Shown in pieces: positions 48,641 to 60,628 of a DNA stretch of 64,000 bases. Under the pieces are notes generated by a model. It did no database searches and was not told the origin of the DNA. It worked only from the letters and a program-made list of their open reading frames with translations. Within the stretch, counting starts at the first letter, position 1, and each line of letters begins with the position of its first letter. Origin of the DNA: Podarcis pityusensis (taxonomy: Eukaryota); NCBI GenBank assembly GCA_964106645.2, contig OZ067043.1, one strand, 5' to 3'. The position numbers and the translations under genes are program-made.

Positions 48641-49382
48641 ATGGCTGTGCGTTTACACCATATATTTGAAATCTGAAGCACATTTCTCCCCCCCCCCCAA
48701 GATTCTTGAAAACTGTAGTTTGCTAAGGGTGCTGGGAAATGCAGCTCTGCAAGTACATTTCCCAGAAATTGAGCTTTAACTGTATGGTGCTTATGTAGCC
48801 AATGTGTGTAGCCATAGGGAAGCGGCTGCCATAGCACTGCCAGGAAGTGTGAATCAGCTCTGAAATCTAAAGAGTCCCAGGAAGTTGATTTAATGTTTCA
48901 GTGCACTAACACAGGTTGGCTGAAAGGCAGGCACAGCCTCAGGATGCTGTTGCCACATGAGGGCAAGGAAGGAAGGAAAGTGGTCGGTTCAAGAGTCTCC
49001 TTGACTTTCTGCTGTGGCTCAATTGCAATTCAGTGACGTAATGGAGAGCGGAGTGAAGTGCAGCACAGTGCTGGGACTTTTTTCAGAGCGTGAATGATGA
49101 CATCATCTGCCAGAGAGCCAAGGCAATTTGTGGTTGCTCCTTGCTGGGGCAAGTGAACAAGGTGATAAGGAGGCTTTCAGGTTTGTGACATATTAGAGTA
49201 GAAGATTTCAGAGAATGAGAAAACAATAAACCAGGGTCTGGATACGTCTTTCCTTTGATGAGGTTCCTATTTCATGCTAGCAGTTTAAATGGCAACACTT
49301 CTTTGCAATATTGTTTGCATTATTATCTTTTATTTATTTATTTATTTATTTATATGCTGCCTCTTCCTAAAGAGATTGATAG

Positions 49383-49645
49383 TGTTAAGTTGTGGGTGAA
49401 CATTTCAGACGACACAGCGATTCTTCAAACAGCTCTTGTTTATTCACAGGCCAGAACAGAACTGAACTGAAGGGTTCAGCCAGCCTGCTTAAATAGAGCT
49501 CCACTACAACGCAACAGCAACCACTTTCTGTAACTATCCAATCACTGAACGTCACTTTCAACCCCTTATTTGCATATGTGGACCTGAGTGAAAACTATCT
49601 ACAGTATCCCCTGCTGGCCCAGAGTGAGAACTTCAGTACATAACA
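49383..49645 (-). mobile_element. Solo LTR (263 bp)
   Basis: TGTTA...TAACA termini, perfect 5-bp TSD GATAG; on the minus strand ATGCAAAT, ATTGG, TATTTAA, AATAAA in U3-R order. Confidence 0.85.
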
Positions 49646-50031
49646 GATAGGATGTTTTTAGGATGTTTTTACTGCTTATTATTTGCTGCCCTGGGCCTTT
49701 GGGAGGAAGGACAATATATGTATTTTAATAATAATAATGAAGAAGAAACTAACTAAAGGTTGCATTTCAGCTGGTTAAAGATCCTTTTATTAAAGCTCAG
49801 TGTGTTTTACAAGTCAAACTAATGCCTTCAGAAGTAAGAACTACTGAATTGTGCTTACTCCCAAGAAACTATGCATCCTAATAAACTAGGTATTTACACT
49901 ATGCATTGCTCTGGTCTTTCTGTGCGTATAACAACTGTAGATCACCAGAACTGACTCTCTTGGGGACATGGCAATCTGGGTTGTCCTGATCATATATTAG
50001 ACTGGAATTCGGTGTAGTGCTAAGTGGGGTA

Positions 50032-50273
50032 CAGTGGTACCTCGGGTTAAGTACTTAATTCGTTCCGGAGGTCCGTTCTCAACCTGAAACTATTCTTAAC
50101 CTGAAGCACCACTTTAGCTAATGGGGCTTCCTGCTGCTGCCGCGCCGCCGGAGCATGATTTCTGTTCTCATCCTGAAGCAAAGTTCTTAACCTGAAGCAA
50201 TATTTCTGGGTTAGCGGAGTCTGTAACCTGAAGCGTATGTAACCTGAAGCGTATGTAACCCGAGGTACCACTG
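50032..50273. mobile_element. Tc1/mariner MITE, family A (left unit of composite)
   Basis: TIRs, TA on both sides, 242 bp. Confidence 0.9.
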
Positions 50274-50295
50274 TACTTTAATAGATTTTCCATAG

Positions 50296-50474
50296 ATTTT
50301 TTAACATGTGATTGAATCCAACCCAGAAATAATGACAGTCTGGAAGTGCCTGGACAGTCTAATACACGGAGTATGAACTTGCATGAAACACTCAATTATT
50401 TGAGGGCAGCAGCCTTCTTTGAACTATGCTGGAGAAGCATCTAGCACAGATGAAGGTAGGGCCTTTATGCAGTA
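50296..50474. repeat. 179-bp inverted duplicate of 57765-57943
   Basis: Reverse-complement match with 5 mismatches by manual alignment. Confidence 0.92.
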
Positions 50475-50699
50475 CAGTGGTACCTCGGGTTAAGAACTTA
50501 ATTCGTTCCAGAGGTCTGTTCTTAACCTGAAGCACCACTTTAGCTAATGGAGCCTCCTGCTGCTGCCATGCCGCCGAAGCACGATTTCTGTTCTCATCCT
50601 GAAGCAAAGTTCTTAACCCGAGGTACTATTTCTGGGTTAGTGGAGTCTGTAACCTGAAGCGTCTGTAACCTGAAGCGTATGTAACCCAAGGCACCACTG
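50475..50699. mobile_element. Tc1/mariner MITE, family A (right unit of composite; 17-nt internal deletion)
   Basis: TIRs, TA on both sides. Confidence 0.9.
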
Positions 50700-51209
50700 T
50701 ATCTGGAAGCAGAATGAGTTCTGCCCGTGCAGCAGGACTTTTCCTCCCACTCCCCGCTCCTCCTTCCAACCCTCCGGAACAGATTTAGGGGGCAACTGGG
50801 GAAAGAAGGGAGGAAAGTCCCATTGCACAAGCGGATCTTAGTTGAATCCCAGCCCCTAAACTTGATCACTTATCACTTGCACTACTTGGTCCATTTCTAG
50901 CCTCATAGGTAGCAGCACGAGACACTTGGTTCGCATAGGCTTTGGGATAATTTTTTAAAATTAGGGCTTACACCTAAACAAAGAGCTGCAAAATGACGGC
51001 ACATGTGTTATGCTTGCTTTGGGAAGGCTGCTGTAAATAGCATTTTTCTGGGAGTGCTGAAGTCCGTGGCTATAATATATATGGCACTATTCACCACATG
51101 TGAAGTCCCCGCATACTGGTAGACACCAGAAATGCTCAGAGAATGTGGAGGCTGACTGTTGGGGGTAGCCAGTGTGTGGTGCCCTCCAGATTTGTTGAAC
51201 TCTAACCCC

Positions 51210-51478
51210 AGCTCCCATTGCTTGGTCCCTGCTCCTGCCAGCCTAGCAGTTCGAAAGCACGTCAAAGTGCAAGTAGATAAATAGGTACCACTCTGTGGGG
51301 GAAGGTAAACGGGGTTTCCGTGCGCGGCTCTGGTTCGCCAGAAGCGGTTTAGTCATGCTTGCCACATGACCCGGAAGCTGTACGCTGGCTCCCTCGGCCA
51401 ATAAACCGAGATGAGCGCCGCAACCCTAGAGTCGGTCACGACTGGACCTAATGGTCAGGGGTCCCTTTACCTTACCTT
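51210..51478 (+). mobile_element. 5'-truncated Sauria-type SINE nested in a palindromic hAT-type MITE
   Basis: TSD TAACCCC; host halves ...ccctccagatttgttgaactc and ccatcagccc... Confidence 0.85.
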
Positions 51479-52588
51479 TAACCCCCATCAGCCCTAGGCA
51501 GCATAGTACCATGCTGGCTGGGAATGAATGGAGGGCATCCCGTTGGTTATTCCTGCTCTACATAATGGTGTTTTTCCATGACCACATAGCTTTTAGCAGT
51601 ACCACGATGCAAGAGAAAGAGTTCTGCTTTCCTTATTTGCTTAAGAAACCTGAATGAACTCGAAGAGAAAATCTCTTCCGTGCTGCTGGGATCAAAACCC
51701 TACTCTCAGAGGGTGGGTCTGCTTATCTGATGTATCTGCTTATCAGTAGTACAGAGCAGTATCTACAGCTGAGTTTGAATGCAGCTATTACACCTTGGGC
51801 TGACTCCTGTAGTAGGGCAAGGGTTGCGCAAACCTCTTATGCAAGTGTCACTATCACGCATGTGAGCAGCGGTTGTGCAATCCGACGAAAATAAACATCC
51901 TGAAAATGGCGCCAACTCATCTTCAGCTTCTTATGTGATCATGTTCACCTAACACCACGTTCAGCTATTGGAGTGAGATTATGCCTGATCAAGATGGGAC
52001 AGATTTAAGTTTTAAGATTAGGGACAACAGAAAGAGACAGACAGGTGGTCCAGTTTTGACACAGCAAAGTGGGTTTGGTGTCAGATTCTCTCCAGGAGAG
52101 TCCTGATTAGCGTGAATAAGGTGATAGCTCACACTGATTTCGGCCGATGAGAGGAAATGCTTACATCCTGAATGCCACCAGTGAAAACATCCTGCTTTAT
52201 TTTCACCTTCAGAAAACCATACAAAAATATTATATTTTTGGTTTGAATATCTCTTGAATTTGCCAGAAAGCAGGAAACTTTCGCCCTAAGAAAACCTTAT
52301 GAAAATGAATGTTTTCATTTATAAAAGGAAGACCTATTACATTTATTTTTTACTTATTTTGTTAACAAATTTTATAACAGTAAAATCAAGAAAGAGTTGT
52401 CACAACCATACTTTGAAACATAGAAAAGTTAAAATAGATTTAAATTATTTCAACTTTTTTAGCAAATGATCAATCTGATTGTTGGGGAGTGAGTGGTTCG
52501 CATTGCCATCAGGATTATTTTTGCTGCTGATAAAACCAGTGGGGAGTTGGGGGAAGGCAGGAAAATTTGCTAGGTGGGGAATGAATTG

Positions 52589-52660
52589 GCCCCTCTGAGG
52601 ACTAGGCACCCCTTCATTATAGATATGCATTATGCAGGGGTGCCTAGTCCTCAGGGGGAC
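52589..52660. repeat. Hairpin with 19-bp perfect inverted repeat
   Basis: CTGAGGACTAGGCACCCCT (52595-52613) / AGGGGTGCCTAGTCCTCAG (52636-52654). Confidence 0.85.
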
Positions 52661-53462
52661 TTGCAAAAAGCTTTAAGAATGACAGATCTGCTATGCTTTA
52701 TTCCTTATACTGTTTAACAATATCTAATAACCTGTTTTGCTCGGTATGTGTTTATATGCTTCCTTCTGTGGAAGATTTTCCAAGCCTCCTGTACACGATT
52801 TAATTTATTATCTGTGACTTATCTTGTTAAGGCTTGTGTGACATTTAAGAGCACGACAGGTTTGATAAAGCTTTGTCGTGTTCTGAGTGATATCGTAAAT
52901 TTAACAGCATTGCTTTCATTTTTCCGAAGGGCAATATCTGCAGAAGGAAAGTTGGAAATCAGTTAATTAGGCAGAATGCCTTATTAGACTGCCTCTTGTG
53001 AGGTTGGCAAATGGTTCAAGTAAATGTTTTTCATAGGGAAAATGTGCCGAGTTCAAAGCAACAGATTTCAGGATTAAATCAAATACATTCACGCAGCTAG
53101 ATTAAAATGTATGGATTTACTTTCCAATATCAAGGTCTCCGTTAAAAGGGTGTGGCTACGGAAGAGGACAATGAAGCTGTATGTGGAAGAGCCCAAGAAA
53201 AATAGTATGCTCCCTTCATGCATTGAAAGTAGCTCGCCTTGGCTGGTGCAGCAGATAGTCAGTGTAAATGGCAAATGTCTGGTACATACAGTTCTGATAT
53301 AATGGCTGTCCACAGCAAGCAACCTATAGCAAGTTCACACAGTATGCTTGAATATAAATCTCTGTAAAAAGTTCTCACACTGGGTTGTATATCTGGAGTT
53401 AGCCATACTTAGAGCAGAACATCTGAAATGAATATCTTTTTGTCCAAAACTCATACCAAGTA

Positions 53463-53668
53463 CAGTGGTACCTCGGGTTAAGAACTTAATTCGTTCTAGA
53501 GGTCCGTTCTTAACCTGAAACTGTTCTTAACCTGAGGTACCACTTTAGCTAATGGGGCCTCCCACTGCCGCCACACGATTCTTGTTCTCACCCTGAAGCA
53601 AAGTTCTTAACCTGTCTGCAACCTGAAGCGTTTGTAACCTGAAGCGTCTGTAACCCAAAGTACCACTG
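53463..53668. mobile_element. Tc1/mariner MITE, family A (internally deleted)
   Basis: TIRs, TA TSD. Confidence 0.85.
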
Positions 53669-55387
53669 TAACAGATTTATCCTCTAATTTTTCAGATGTG
53701 CTGAGTTATTGAATGGAATCTCCATGGCCTTGGAAATATTTTTCTTCAGTGTGGTACATCTGAAATGGATGTAGTTTCTGTAAACTGTAAACTGATTGAT
53801 TTTCATCACTAAATGTAGATGGGCCACTGACACAACTCTTCTGTGGATTGGTTGGGATGACTGGCATGGCTTTTCTGTAGTATGGTTGGTCGAGCTGCTT
53901 TAAGTTCTACAACCACTTCATCTGCCGGTTTCTCATACTTCTTTACTAGTGTGCTAAAAAGGTCTCTTCACTAGCTTCTAGTACTCCCAACAATAAGTTA
54001 TCCGGACAAGGCTATGATGGTTGTTCAACCTTGGCAGGAAAAGAAGGTGGTGTCCAACTTTCTGTTTCCCAATAAAAGTATCGTTGTTACTCAAATCCTT
54101 TTGGTTTCTATTCTGCCAGGTTACTTTTGGTTTCTGTTTTTGACCACTGCATTCCTCCCTCCATCCTCTCGGAAAACACGGCCAGTCCCAGCAGCACCCC
54201 CAACATCCTCACCTCATCACAGAGGGCATCCAAGCTCCATTGTGTATATATTGTGTATATATTGTGTATACGGTTTCCAGATCTCATAACATTTGCAGAA
54301 GTGAGATCATTAGGTCAGAGCAAGCAGCATTTGTCTGAGCTGCCTGCTGGCCCAGGAAGTCTTCCCTCCAGAAGACTCTGCAGAGCAGAGGTATAAGTCC
54401 GGCAGCTGCATCCAATAGGAGCAATCTCAGAGATCTTTTTTCCAAACCTTGTTGGCTAGCTGTGTTTGTGTGCCTGTATACATTAAAATAAACAAATACA
54501 TTTAGGATTCCTAGGGTGGGGGGCAAGCTCCCCTGCAGACCCCCATGCTATCAAGGCAGAATTAACATTTTTCTTGCTCAGCCCTCCTCAGTTTCAAGCT
54601 AAGGGAAAATGAAAGATAAAAGCCAGGAGAAAGCTTTAGAATATTTTAATGTTCCACAGGTCCTTTTTGTTATTATTATTTTTACTTCTTTTCAAGTTTA
54701 TCTGGGTTTGGGCATCCCATGTGACTTCGGGCAGGATGCATATGCTGCCAAACTTCTGCTTCAGCCAAAGAGGCATCCTTCCTGTGAGGAACTGCTTTGG
54801 TTTCGCTACATGTTACTGATCTAGCAGGACTTCCATTTATGAAACCTGTTCTTTCTGTTTTATCAACCAGGTCCTCACTTTCCTTCAGATTTGCTCCAGA
54901 GAGAGCGAAAGAGAAAAGAGGTTTTAAATAAACATTCAAATTAATGAGCACACTTGCAATTATGCTCTTTCCACTTCATTATACGCCAGACTCTGCACTG
55001 ATCTGCAGATCACTAGCATTCTCAAGAATACCATGAGGCACCCAAGAAAAAAACCTATAGTCAAAAAGAAACCACATGAGGCAGCAGCCATGTAATGCAT
55101 CCACTCAGTGGAAGGATTTACACTCGTGCAGTGGGAAATTCCTCCTCCTCATCCCTGTGTGTTCCTTGAACCCTCCCCAAATCTGATCCGCAGTGTTGGC
55201 AGAACCCCTAAAACAGATTTAGGGGATGCACAGTAGGAGGAGATGGGAGTTCCACTGTGTAAGCAGAAATCCTTGCAATCAAGGCATGCATTAGTTGGAT
55301 GCCACTCATACATACAAACCTACACATACACCATTTTGCCTTGAATAATGGTTAGTGAAAATCAATGCATGACTTAACTCCCACTGA

Positions 55388-55503
55388 GTTGTATTAAGTC
55401 ATACTCACGGGAGTAGACCTATTGAAATTAATGGATGTGGCTAACTTAAGTCCATTAATTTCAATGGGTTTACCTCAAGTAGAAGTTATTAGTTGAATAC
55501 AAC
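55388..55503. mobile_element. Short palindromic MITE-like repeat
   Basis: GTTGTATT...AATACAAC ends; internal arms gtagacctattgaaattaatgga / tccattaatttcaatgggtttac. Confidence 0.6.
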
Positions 55504-55844
55504 CCATTGATTTAAATGGAAATTAAGTGCAGCTTAGGCTGCAATATTAACCACAATGAACAACTACTGAAAAGTAGGTCCTAGTGATTCCCTATTCCCA
55601 TACTAGTCTGATTCCTACCCAAAGTTCAGTTCTACATTTCAAAATGGAAGGAAACAAGAGGAACTGCACTGCTTGAGCTGTTTATGTACGGTAACCCTGC
55701 AACTTACACACATTTAACTTGTCCACATTCAGCTTTAAGAGTGTTGCAAAAAATATGTTTAAAAGGGCAGAAAGGAGGCAGGGTTCTGGGGAAAATGACC
55801 TTGGCAATCCCACCCACCACTGAACCCAGTGGGTTTTGACTATA

Positions 55845-56095
55845 CAGTGGTACCTTGGTTTAAGAACAGCTTAGTTTATGAACAACTTGGATTAAAAACG
55901 CTGCAAACCAGGAAGTAGGTGTTTTGGTTTGTGAACTTTGCCTTGGAAGCAGAACATGTTTCGCTTCCTGCCAAGTGTGTTCCATTTGTAAATTGAGTCC
56001 CCCGCTGCTATGGGAAAGCACGCCTTGGTTTAAGAAGGTGTGGTTTAAGAACAGACTTCTGGAACAAATTAAGTTTGTAAACCAAGGTACCACTG
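55845..56095. mobile_element. Tc1/mariner MITE, family B-like
   Basis: CAGTGGTACCTTGGTTT...AAACCAAGGTACCACTG, TA TSD. Confidence 0.85.
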
Positions 56096-56640
56096 TACAC
56101 AGTTTTGCCTTTTGGGACAATGATGATCCCCAAAACACAAACCCATGTAAGTTGTGTGCTTACTGCACTCCAAATTCAAGATCCAGGAACTCTAGAGGAA
56201 GCCAGTACACAGAAGTATTTACATTCAGTGGACGAAAGCTTAAAATCATGACATAAATCTAAGACAGTGTACAGTATACATACAGCAATATCTCTGTAAA
56301 TCTCTCTTGCCAGTATGACATGCCAGTTTGGTCATGTGAATTGGCTACATATCTGCCTCTTTCATAAGGTTATATATATCTCTCTGCAGTCCTGCCCTAT
56401 TATGCAACCGTAGGTCAAGCTGAAATGGACTGGCTTCTAACTGGTCCTGTAGCTCAGCTTGTCTTCACTTTGCACAATAAATTCTCAAGGCTTCTAACTT
56501 AATGTTTATTCATTAATGTTTATTGAATAACACTCTATAACAATGACACTTTCCCCAAGGGGCATGATGTGAGTCACTCATATAAACATGCAAGTAATTA
56601 GGTTATTGTTGGTGTTTTAATTGTTCCTTATTTGGTTTTA

Positions 56641-57666
56641 CAGTGGTACCTTGGGTTACAGACGCTTCAGGTTACAGACACTTCAGGTTACAGACTCCAC
56701 TAACCCAGAAGTAGTACCTCGGGTTAAGAACTTTGCTTCAGGATGAGAACACAAATCGCGCAGTGGCGGCGCAGCGGCAGCAGGAGGCCCCATTAGCTAA
56801 AGTGGTACCTCAGGTTAAGAGTGTCTGGAGGCGGTTGGAGGATGGATGGCGGCTAACAGATTGAGGTTGAATCCTGACAAGACAGAAGTACTGTTTTTGG
56901 GGGACAGGAGGCGGGCAGGTGTGGAGGATTCCCTGGTCCTGAATGGGGTAACTGTGCCCCTGAAGGACCAGGTGCGCAGCCTGGGAGTCATTTTGGACTC
57001 ACAGCTGTCTATGGAGGCGCAGGTCAAATCTGTGTCCAGGGCAGCTGTTTACCAGCTCCATCTGGTACGTAGGCTGAGACCCTATCTGCCTGCGGACTGC
57101 CTCGCCAGAGTGGTGCATGCTCTGGTTATCTCCCACATGGACTATGCGCTCTACGTGGGACTACCTTTGAAGGTGACCCGGAAACTACAACTAATCCAGA
57201 ATGCGGCAGCTAGACTGGTGACTGGGAGCAGCTGCCGAGACCATATAACACCAGTCTTGAAAGACCTACATTGGCTCCCAGTACGTTTCCGAGTACCATT
57301 CAAAGTGTGGTGACCTTTAAAGCCCTAAACGGCCTCGGTCCAGTATATCTGAAGGAGCGTCTCCACCCCCATCATTCTACCCGGACACTGAGCTCCAGCA
57401 CCGAGGGCCTTCTGGAAGTTCCCTCACTGCGAGAAGCTAAGTGAACCAGGCAGAGGGCCTTCTCGGTAGTGGCGCCCTCCCTGTGGAATGCCCTCCCACC
57501 AGATGTCAAAGAGAACAACTACCAGACTTTTAGAAGACATCTGAAGGTGGCCCTGTTTAGGGAGGTTTTTAATGTTTGATGTAGTACAGTATTTTAATAT
57601 TTTTTTTGGGAAGCCGCCCAGAGTGGCTGGGGAAGCCCAGCCAGATGGGAGGGGTATAAATAATAA

Positions 57667-57704
<38 letters not shown>

Positions 57705-57764
57705 AGTTTCAGGTTAAGAACGGACCTCCAGAATGAATTAAGTTCTTAACCTGAGGTACCACTG
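56641..57764. mobile_element. Tc1/mariner MITE, family A, split by an L2-like LINE (MITE parts 56641-56820 and 57703-57764)
   Basis: TIRs and TA at both outer ends; consensus caggttaaga|acagtttcagg rejoined across the insert. Confidence 0.88.
56821..57702 (+). mobile_element. L2-like LINE 3' fragment (RT C-terminal region)
   Basis: WMAANRLRLNPDKTEVL...SLGVILDSQLSM...LQLIQNAAARLV...HITPVLKDLHWLP; (TTA)n tail. Confidence 0.88.
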
Positions 57765-57943
57765 TACTGCATAAAGGTCCTAACTTAGTCTGTGCTAGAT
57801 GCTTCTCCAGCATAGTTCAAAGAAGGCTGCTGCCCTCAAATAATTGAGTGTTTCATGCAAGTTCATACTCAGTGTATTAGACTGTCCAGGCACTTCCAGA
57901 CTGTCATTATTTCTGGGTTGGATTCAATCACATGTTAAAAAAT
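57765..57943. repeat. 179-bp inverted duplicate of 50296-50474
   Basis: Reverse-complement match. Confidence 0.92.
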
Positions 57944-58372
57944 TCATGTTGTACAATTATGGTTGATTGGGAGCTTTTGCACAACAGACCTGCTTCCCCC
58001 AAAAGGGGCTCCTTTCTGATAAGGAAAGTGATGGGTCAACATTTGCTTTGATGCGATTTTGCCTAACCTCTTCGAAAACAGATCGGGGTGAATGCTCATT
58101 ATACAGCCAGTTGTCTAATCTCCCTGCAAACAAGTCGGGATGAATGCTCAATAAGCTGGTCACTCTGGAAGTGCCCTCAGTTCACCCTCTCCTCCAGAAC
58201 TGCTTTGCCGGCATGGGTGGAAAAGAGAAAGCTGAGAAGGAAGTGAAGCTAATAAGCTGCTTGGGGGAACCTGCAGCCTTTCCTGAAAAAAACATGTCCC
58301 ATTCCCTATGACCTTTTTACCTGGGAGCTGCATGTAAGAATACATACCACTGCTGTTTCTTGCTTCTAGGAG

Positions 58373-58508
58373 CAGTGATGGCCAAACTTGGCCCTCCAGC
58401 TGTTTTGGGACTACAACTCCCATCATCCCTAGCTAACAGGGCCAGTGGTCAGGGATGATGGGAATTGAAGTCCCAAAACAGCTGGAGGGCCAAGTTTGGC
58501 CATCACTG
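58373..58508. mobile_element. Near-perfect 136-bp palindromic MITE (hAT-like family)
   Basis: CAGTGATGGCCAAACTTGGCCCTCCAGCTGTTTTGGGACT arm and its exact reverse complement; 8-bp TSD not convincing. Confidence 0.8.
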
Positions 58509-59988
58509 TTGAGGTATTGCAGTCTCTGTGACATTAGCCACCAGCAAATCCCCACCTCCCACAGTTCTATTTGCATGTCTAGCAAGTAGTAAACTAGGGG
58601 TGAGGACCCTGCGCCACTCCAGATGTTGCTAGGCTACAGCTCCCATCACCCCTGACCATTGGCCATTGTGGCTAGGGCTTATGGGTGTTGGAGTCCAACA
58701 AAACCTGGAGGAACACAGGTTTCCAATGCTTACAAAAACCTTACACTAAGGAAAGGGGCTATGACACCAGGAGGCAAAGGGCCAAGAGCTAATGGCATAC
58801 AGAGAAGAGCAGCAATTGGCACAGCAATTCAAATTCCATATATTTGGGGGATCATTTTTCTAGTGTTTTTATAAAACACAGTGTGCTGGTTCGTTATGTT
58901 CAAAAATGTACACTTCCAATCTGATAACTTGGTCCAATGAAATTTACAGTTTTCCTAATTCAGAGTTGTAACAGACAGGACGGCCACTTTGTAGAATGGC
59001 TCTCAAACAACTGCTCTTTCAAAAGCAATATTTTCAGTGGAATAAGTTATTTGGCAACCACTTTCCCCCCTATAAGAACGAAGAGCAATTCTGGAAAACT
59101 GAAACGAGAGCTGCATGGCAAGATGACAATATTTTCATTGGATACGTCTTGAAATTCTTCATAGTCTCGTCAAAAGACATTGGTCCTATAAAAGACTTTG
59201 CTTTATCACTCTCACTTTCTGGCAGCACTGCGGCAACAGCAACCCATACCTAAAAATGTACAAAACGTCGGTTTTAACACAGCAAACAGAAGTGAAAACA
59301 AGCTGACTTGCCAGTTGCAATGAACTGTGCACTTCAACAGCAGAGCATGATGCTGGCCACAGACACTTTCACAGCTGAAAACCTCATGCTGGCAAATTAA
59401 ACATTTTCCCTTTTAAAGCGAAATACCTTTTGCACAAGCTATAAAATTTCCAGACTAAAGAAAGGATTAAGTGGGTCCTTAAGTTAAATTTATTGTATTT
59501 AAGGGGAGGGGGGAATCATTCTTACACCTTTGAGGAATGTAGATTAACTAGGGGAACTATGGGGAGCATTCACCAAGTTAATAATGGCCATCTGAAAACA
59601 TTGACGATGCTTACAATTTATTTTTTTTAAATGCAGACCATAAATAAATGTACAGACAGAAACCTGCCTCTGTGTGTGCTTCTTCCTCAGGTTCAAATTC
59701 GGCAAGTTCCTATGCTGTTGCTACCCTAAGAACCCTTCCTCATAAACAAGTGCAATATGCAAGTTCTTTGCTCCCACATTTTATGTAGATCAAAGACGTA
59801 ACAGGATGCAGGAGGAAGGTACTTGCTACTTAGTAGTCACATTGAAGCAGCAATTTCGTCAAGTGTCCAGCTTGTTATCCCTGCATGTGAAGAAGCAGTA
59901 GCCAACACGTACTCTTCTTCACAGCTCTCAAAAGGTGCAAGAGAGCCCTGTTCCGCTTTGCATCTGGTCACCCTGCAAGTGTAAAGTA

Positions 59989-60338
59989 AAGGTAGAGGGG
60001 CCCCTGACTGTTAGGTCCAGTCGTGGACGACTCTGGGGTTGTGGTGCTCATCTCACTTTACTGGCCGAGGGAGCCGGCGTACAGCTTCCGGGTCATGTGG
60101 CCAGCATGACTAAGCTGCTTCTGGCGAACCAGAGCAGCGCACGGAAACGCCGTTTACCTTCCCGCCAGAGCGGTACCTATTTATCTACTTGCACTTTGAC
60201 GTGCTTTCGAACTGCTAGATTGGCAGGAGCAGGGACTGAGCAACGGGAGCTCACCCCGTTGCAGGGATTCGAACTGTGGACCTTCTGATCGGCAAGCCCT
60301 AGGCTCTGTGGTTTAGACCACAGCGCCACCCGTGTCCC
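59989..60338 (-). mobile_element. Sauria-type SINE, full length
   Basis: TSD AGTGTAAAGTA (59978-59988, 60341-60351). Confidence 0.9.
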
Positions 60339-60628
60339 TCAGTGTAAAGTAGGCACTAAGAAAAGGATCCCCAAACTTCTTGGGATCTGCCCATCTCTGC
60401 TGTAACTACTGTCCTTTTTCAATTGCTTTCAGTTGCTCAGTTTCCCACTTCTCAGCATAAACAGAGTGTGGAGGGGTTGCAGGAGGGGGTGCTGCATTGA
60501 TACCCCTCCTAGTTCCATGCTCTTATGTAAGGTGAGCAACCCAAGGAGGCCTATTTTGCATCCCCACAGTGAGCATGAAGTTTACTGACCGTGGCCCAAT
60601 CAATATCTCTCAGTTTAACCCACCTCAT

